NCBI GenBank assembly: GCA_024641325.1
Contig: JAHEDJ010000001.1
Span: 151,594 to 215,593, forward strand
Direction of reading: 5' to 3'
Length of the DNA stretch: 64,000 nucleotides
Source: a bacterium
GTDB lineage: Bacteria; Actinomycetota; Acidimicrobiia; Spongiisociales; JAHEDJ01
Both the position numbers and the translations under genes were made by a program. A model generated the notes under the pieces. That model was not told the origin of the DNA. It did no database searches and worked only from the letters and a program-made list of their open reading frames with translations. Of this stretch, positions 59,515 to 64,000 are shown piece by piece (within the stretch, counting starts at the first letter, position 1; every line of letters begins with the position of its first letter).

Positions 59515-61364
59515 CCATCACATTCTGCAGGGTTCGGCCGGCCTCTGAAGTCACCGAGTTGTCCGCCGTCACACGGCGCCGGGAGGGGACCACGACCCTC
59601 GAGATGATCGGCGTCCGCGGGGATGATCGTGCAGCCGCTCTCGCAGGCGGGATTCTGCCCGTGGAAACGGCGGGGACGGATGGATCGCCGGCTGCCTGGG
59701 TGGTAGCACCCGAGCAAGCCGTGCGGCTGGCGGAACTTGGTGTGGCCGGGTGGCGCATCACGGTGCTCGATGAGGGAGCGCGTTCAGTGGTGCTCGACGG
59801 TGTTGCCAGGAGTCGGGCGGCGTACCTGAGAACCGGTCGATCAACTGTGGCCGCCGCAGCATCGTTGGCAGCCCTGCCGGGAGTTGAGACCTCGGTGTCA
59901 GTTTTCGTCGACAGCGTCGAAGATGCCGTGCGAGCCGTTGAGGAGGGCGCCTCCGATCTGCTGCTGCGCGACTGGGGCGTGGAGAGAATCGGCGAGTTGC
60001 GTGACGCGCTCGGCGCACTGATCGAACGCCCGGCGTTTCCGATTGATCTGGACCTCGATGCGGTGCGGCGAGAGCTTTCCGAAGATTTATTTACAACGTG
60101 GCTGAATCAGATCGACGGGCGGGGGGCGGTGCGGCCTCGGTATGCGTGGGCACCTGGCAAGGACGAGAAGGTGCCTCTGCCGGTCCGTAGGTTCTCGGCA
60201 CAATGGGCAGACGCCACCTGGGTCGGCGCGGCGGGTCCAGAAGGTCTAGTAGGAGCGGGGGAGTTGAGGCCCATTCTCGAGCGGTCGCTCGAGGGGAATC
60301 GGCCGACCCGTGACGAACTCGAGTTGCTTTTCCACGCTCGAGGAGCTCAGGTTGATGCCGTTGGCTACACGGCCGACACTCTGCGCCAGGGCGCGGCAGG
60401 CGACACCGTCACCTACGTTGTCAACCGCAACATCAACTACACCAATCTGTGCTACTTCCGGTGCGGGTTCTGCGCGTTCTCCAAAGGACCGCGCAGCCTG
60501 AACCTGCGGGGCGAGCCCTACTCGATGACGGTCGAACAAATCGTTCATCTGGCAGAGTCGGCGACCGCGCGGGGGGCAACAGAAGTGACCTTGCAGGGGG
60601 GCATCCACCCCGATTACACAGGCGACTTCTATGTGGCGGTCGTTGAAGCGATCAAGGAGCGGTTGCCCGATATCCATATCCACGGCTTCACGCCGCTCGA
60701 GGTCTGGCAGGGTGCAGAGACTCTCGGGGCGGACCTTCGGGATTACCTCGAGCGACTCCGACACGCCGGTCTTGGCACACTCCCCGGTACGGCTGCTGAG
60801 ATTCTCGACGATCGGGTGCGCGCCCATCTGTGCCCGGACAAGATAACGACGGCCGAGTGGGCGGAGGTGATGCTGACGGCGCATGAGGTCGGCTTGCGCG
60901 CCACGGCGACGGTCATGTTCGGCCACATCGATGGACCTGCATCGTGGGCCGACCATTACGAAGTGGTTCGAGAGATCCAGAGGCGCACCGGCGGGTTCAC
61001 CGAATTCGTCCCGCTCCCGTTCGTTCATATGGGATCGCCGATCTGGCTGCGGGGCCGCGCCCGTCCCGGTCCAACCTGGGATGAGGTGGTGCTGATCCAT
61101 GCAGTCGCACGGATCGCTTTTGACGGGTTGATCCCGAACATCCAGGCATCGTGGGTCAAGCTGGGCTTGGACGGCGTCGGCCGTTTGCTCAACGCCGGAG
61201 CCAACGATCTCGGCGGCACCCTGATGGGCGAGATAATCACGCGCGCGGCCGGCGCATCGCACGGTGAAGAGATGACAGCCGCGCAATTCGAGGCGGCCAT
61301 TCGGGAGGCCGGAAGGACCCCGGCTCAGCGGACGACGCTGTACGAGGTAGTCGAGCGAACCTGA
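59511..61364 (+). CDS. cofH: FO synthase subunit 2 (CofH) with a ~200-aa N-terminal extension
   Basis: Radical-SAM NINYTNLCYFRCGFCAF is about 300 aa from the proposed GTG start at 59511 (overlaps the cofG stop). An alternative ATG is at 59604. Confidence 0.7.
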   Translation: MTITFCRVRPASEVTELSAVTRRREGTTTLEMIGVRGDDRAAALAGGILPVETAGTDGSPAAWVVAPEQAVRLAELGVAGWRITVLDEGARSVVLDGVARSRAAYLRTGRSTVAAAASLAALPGVETSVSVFVDSVEDAVRAVEEGASDLLLRDWGVERIGELRDALGALIERPAFPIDLDLDAVRRELSEDLFTTWLNQIDGRGAVRPRYAWAPGKDEKVPLPVRRFSAQWADATWVGAAGPEGLVGAGELRPILERSLEGNRPTRDELELLFHARGAQVDAVGYTADTLRQGAAGDTVTYVVNRNINYTNLCYFRCGFCAFSKGPRSLNLRGEPYSMTVEQIVHLAESATARGATEVTLQGGIHPDYTGDFYVAVVEAIKERLPDIHIHGFTPLEVWQGAETLGADLRDYLERLRHAGLGTLPGTAAEILDDRVRAHLCPDKITTAEWAEVMLTAHEVGLRATATVMFGHIDGPASWADHYEVVREIQRRTGGFTEFVPLPFVHMGSPIWLRGRARPGPTWDEVVLIHAVARIAFDGLIPNIQASWVKLGLDGVGRLLNAGANDLGGTLMGEIITRAAGASHGEEMTAAQFEAAIREAGRTPAQRTTLYEVVERT

Positions 61365-61369
61365 ACGGG

Positions 61370-61478
61370 TTTTTCAGCAATACAGTCGTTCTCCACGCGC
61401 AACAGTATTGCCGAGAAACTCCTGCAGCTTTCTCAGCAATGCTGTCGTTCCGCACGCGCAACAGTATTGCCGAGAAAA
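61370..61478. repeat. two ~49-bp imperfect direct repeats (61370-61418, 61429-61478), each a long hairpin
   Basis: UUUCUCAGCAAU pairs with AUUGCCGAGAAA, with a ~24-nt loop. Both copies share gtcgttc..cacgcgcaacagtattgccgagaaa. They lie between the convergent cofH and the small membrane gene. Confidence 0.5.
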
Positions 61479-61485
61479 CCTCGGC

Positions 61486-61758
61486 CTACGCGGTCCAGCC
61501 CAGGACGAGGTCGCCGAACGTCAGGAACGCGAACCAGAAGGCAACCATTAGCAGTGGCAGTCCCATGGTGATAGACGGCCCGCTCCGCCATCTCCGTACG
61601 CCCCACAGCGTTAGCCCAACCCAGACTGTGACCAGGACTGCGACTCCCCACGGTGGGGCGAGCAGTCCGCTGAACACCACGAAGAACCCCATGACGAGGT
61701 GAATGCCGCCTCCAACGATGGCGAAGATGATGGCTGCCGGCGAAAGCGATTCCCTCAT
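61486..61758 (-). CDS. small membrane protein (about 90 aa, 3 TM)
   Basis: Internal ATG at 61758 (MRESLSPAAIIFAIVGGGIHLVMGFFVV...). The ORF track's N-terminal 93 aa are low-complexity. Confidence 0.4.
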   Translation of the reverse strand: MRESLSPAAIIFAIVGGGIHLVMGFFVVFSGLLAPPWGVAVLVTVWVGLTLWGVRRWRSGPSITMGLPLLMVAFWFAFLTFGDLVLGWTA

Positions 61759-61836
61759 GGCGCTCCACGGTAGTCGGCCCCTCGAGGCCGAGGATATGGC
61801 ACGGATAGCGAATACTCGCCGGGTAGCCTCCGCCAG

Positions 61837-62967
61837 ATGGAAACAACCGTCACCCCGGCGGATATCGAGCGCGTCATCGGCAGGGTGGTCGTCGGCTATC
61901 GGGTGGTGGGTGGCATCTGGCTCGGGATCCTGGGCCTGATAACACTGGCCGGGTCGTCGCCGCCCGATCGACCGGCCGTGGTGATTGCCACTATGGCCGG
62001 CGTCGGAGGCTGGGCATTTCTGACCGGTTGGTTCCATCGGAGAGACAGCGTTGTGTTGCGGACCTGGTGGTGGCTCGTCGCTGATGTCTGCGTGACGATC
62101 TGGGTTTTGTTCAGCAGCGACGTGGCCGGTACGGCCTCGACCTTCTACGGCGGCTACCCGATGTCCACGGTCTTCATGGGAGTATTCAGCTTTGCCATCG
62201 CCGGCGGCCTCGCCACGGCGGCGGCACTGTCAATGGCCACGATTCTGCGTCTTGTTGAGAGCGCAGGATCCGACCCCACGAACGATTCGGCTGCCGTGCT
62301 GATATATATCTTCGGCGGCCTGCTGGCAGGTTGGGCGGTGGGTGTAATCCGGCGGAGTGATCGTCTGCGATGGGAGGCAGAAGACGCCCTCGCCGCGGAG
62401 CGTGCTTCGCGAGCCAGAGCGGAGGAACGTTCTGAGATGGCCGCCCACTTGCACGATTCCGTTCTGCAAACGCTGGCTCTGATTCAACGCGCCGGTGACT
62501 TCGACGAGACGGTATCGCTTGCCCGCCGCCAGGAACACGAGCTCAGATCGTGGCTCTTTGGAAGTGGTGCGTCTCCGGCGGAAAGCTTCGCGGCCGCAGT
62601 ACGTGCAATGGCTGCGGAAGTGGAAGAGTTGTTTCAAGTTCGGATTGAGACGGTCGTTGTCGGAGACACGACACTCAGTCCGGGCATCGACGCGCTGGTC
62701 AAAGCGGGCCGAGAGGCAGCTATCAACGCTGCGCGGCATTCTTCTGTGGATGAGTTCTCCGTGTTTGCACAGGTCACGGACGCGTCTGCGAGCCTGTTCG
62801 TGCGCGATCGGGGATCGGGCTTCGATCCTGGTGAGGTGCCGGCCGATAGGAAGGGAATCACGGAATCGATAGTCGGGCGCCTCGAACGACACGGTGGTTC
62901 GGCAACGATTCGGTCTAGTGAAGGGGCAGGTACAGAGGTGATCCTCGAACTGGAGTTTGGAGCGTGA
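61837..62967 (+). CDS. two-component sensor histidine kinase (HisKA_3, NarL-partner type)
   Basis: N-terminal TM region, HisKA_3 AAHLHDSVLQTL, and an HATPase_c domain. Confidence 0.75.
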   Translation: METTVTPADIERVIGRVVVGYRVVGGIWLGILGLITLAGSSPPDRPAVVIATMAGVGGWAFLTGWFHRRDSVVLRTWWWLVADVCVTIWVLFSSDVAGTASTFYGGYPMSTVFMGVFSFAIAGGLATAAALSMATILRLVESAGSDPTNDSAAVLIYIFGGLLAGWAVGVIRRSDRLRWEAEDALAAERASRARAEERSEMAAHLHDSVLQTLALIQRAGDFDETVSLARRQEHELRSWLFGSGASPAESFAAAVRAMAAEVEELFQVRIETVVVGDTTLSPGIDALVKAGREAAINAARHSSVDEFSVFAQVTDASASLFVRDRGSGFDPGEVPADRKGITESIVGRLERHGGSATIRSSEGAGTEVILELEFGA

Positions 62968-63599
62968 CGATCAGAGTCTTCATCGTGGACGATCACGACC
63001 TCTTCAGGTCGGGAGTGCGCGCAGAGGTAGGAAACGACATCGAAGTCGTCGGAGAGGCCTCGGAGGTCGGCGCCGCGATTGAATTGATCGCCGAGCGACT
63101 CCCGGACGTCGTGCTCATCGACGTTCACATGCCTGCCGGCGGCGGCAGGGCCGTCATTGAGGCCATCTCTCCCAACCATCCGGAGATAGCCTTCCTGGCC
63201 CTCTCAGCGTCCGACGCTGCCGAAGATGTTGTCGCCGTCGTCCGAGCCGGCGCGCGCGGGTACGTCACCAAGACGATCTCGTCTGCCGAATTATCTGAAG
63301 CAGTCAGGCGAGTCGCGGCAGGTGATGCAGTGTTCTCACCCATGCTGGCCGGTTTCGTTCTGGATGCATTCAGTTCGATCTCGGTTGCCGAGATCGATCC
63401 GGATCTAGATCAGTTGACGCCGCGCGAACGTGAAGTGCTCCAACACATCGCCCGCGGCTATACCTACAGGGAGATAGGGGAGCAACTCTTCATCTCGGTC
63501 AAAACAGTGGAAACTCATGTGTCGAGCGTTCTTCGCAAATTGCAACTTTCGAATCGCCACGAGCTCAGCCGTTGGGCGCAGGACCGCAAGCTGATCTAA
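62964..63599 (+). CDS. LuxR/NarL-family response regulator
   Basis: Receiver domain MTIRVFIVDDHDLF and a C-terminal LuxR HTH (LTPREREVLQHIARGYTYREIGEQLFIS). Confidence 0.85.
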   Translation: MTIRVFIVDDHDLFRSGVRAEVGNDIEVVGEASEVGAAIELIAERLPDVVLIDVHMPAGGGRAVIEAISPNHPEIAFLALSASDAAEDVVAVVRAGARGYVTKTISSAELSEAVRRVAAGDAVFSPMLAGFVLDAFSSISVAEIDPDLDQLTPREREVLQHIARGYTYREIGEQLFISVKTVETHVSSVLRKLQLSNRHELSRWAQDRKLI

Positions 63600-63625
63600 C
63601 AGTCCTTGACAATCTGACAGCATTG

Positions 63626-63644
63626 TGACATCATCATGATGTCA
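63626..63644. promoter_or_regulatory. 19-bp palindrome TGACATCAT-C-ATGATGTCA, 14 bp downstream of a consensus TTGACA (63606-63611)
   Basis: Perfect 9-bp arms, read directly. It lies upstream of a 38-codon uORF (63663-63779) coupled by ATGA to the partial gene at 63776. Confidence 0.3.
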
Positions 63645-63775
63645 GAAGAGAGAGGCGCTCACATGTTTACTACTCCGGTGATGGGATTGGAATACCACCG
63701 CGTGCACCGGCAAGAGCTCATGAGGAGCTTTCTGCCGGTGAGGCGTCGTTGGGAAGACCGTGAAAAGGTGGGCCG

Positions 63776-64000
63776 ATGAACACAACAGCAGCGATGGCCG
63801 CCCTCGAGCAAGCTGTAGCTCAGCAGGTCATGATCGGCGGCGACGATCCCGGGATCGAGGCAGCGACGCGCGCGGTGCTCGCCGCTATAGAACCCGCGAT
63901 GAAACAGATAGCTCTCGATCTTGCCCAGCAGGCAGCTCTCGAGGTGGGGGCCCAATTATCCGACCATGAGGTTGAAGTAGTGCTCGCGGATGGTGAACCT
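63776..64000 (+). CDS. hypothetical protein, 5' partial view (runs off the window)
   Basis: The ATG at 63776 opens a frame with no stop before the window end (MNTTAAMAALEQAVAQQVMIGGDD...). A strong purine-rich RBS precedes the uORF. Confidence 0.3.
   Translation, partial: MNTTAAMAALEQAVAQQVMIGGDDPGIEAATRAVLAAIEPAMKQIALDLAQQAALEVGAQLSDHEVEVVLADGEP

Overview
This is a high-GC (about 65%) window whose gene order looks like an actinobacterial core chromosome: rpmB-yloV-recG-rsmD-coaD-yceD-rpmF-plsX-rnc-mutM-acyP-smc-ftsY, then ffh-rpsP-KH-rimM, an AdnAB helicase-nuclease pair, and split F420 cofG/cofH. Most ORFs are housekeeping or catabolic genes: deoB-deoA-punA, etfBA, ppc, upp, fabI, and an organic-acid catabolic cluster with FAH, RraA-like, HMGL-like, ABC transporter and GntR genes. 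Two things stand out. First, at 8955-10657 a promoter region is followed by a perfectly tandemly duplicated 693-bp non-coding unit (2.15 copies). It is densely packed with C(UUCG)G and GNRA hairpins, contains an internal promoter-like element, and each copy ends in an intrinsic-terminator-like hairpin. I read it as a family of candidate novel structured ncRNAs next to a Cas4/RecB-like nuclease gene. Second, at 19953-20651 an organomercurial-lyase (MerB)-like gene carries a single in-frame TGA aligned with the catalytic Cys, and a SECIS-like GGUC-loop hairpin sits 12 nt downstream. This is a candidate selenocysteine-containing MerB. Smaller items include a shared TCGCGAAA direct-repeat promoter module, palindromic operators in the catabolic cluster, paired hairpin repeats at 61370-61478, a membrane-anchored Mur-ligase/Ddl pair and an orphan GAF histidine kinase. 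No tRNA, rRNA or CRISPR was recognised.
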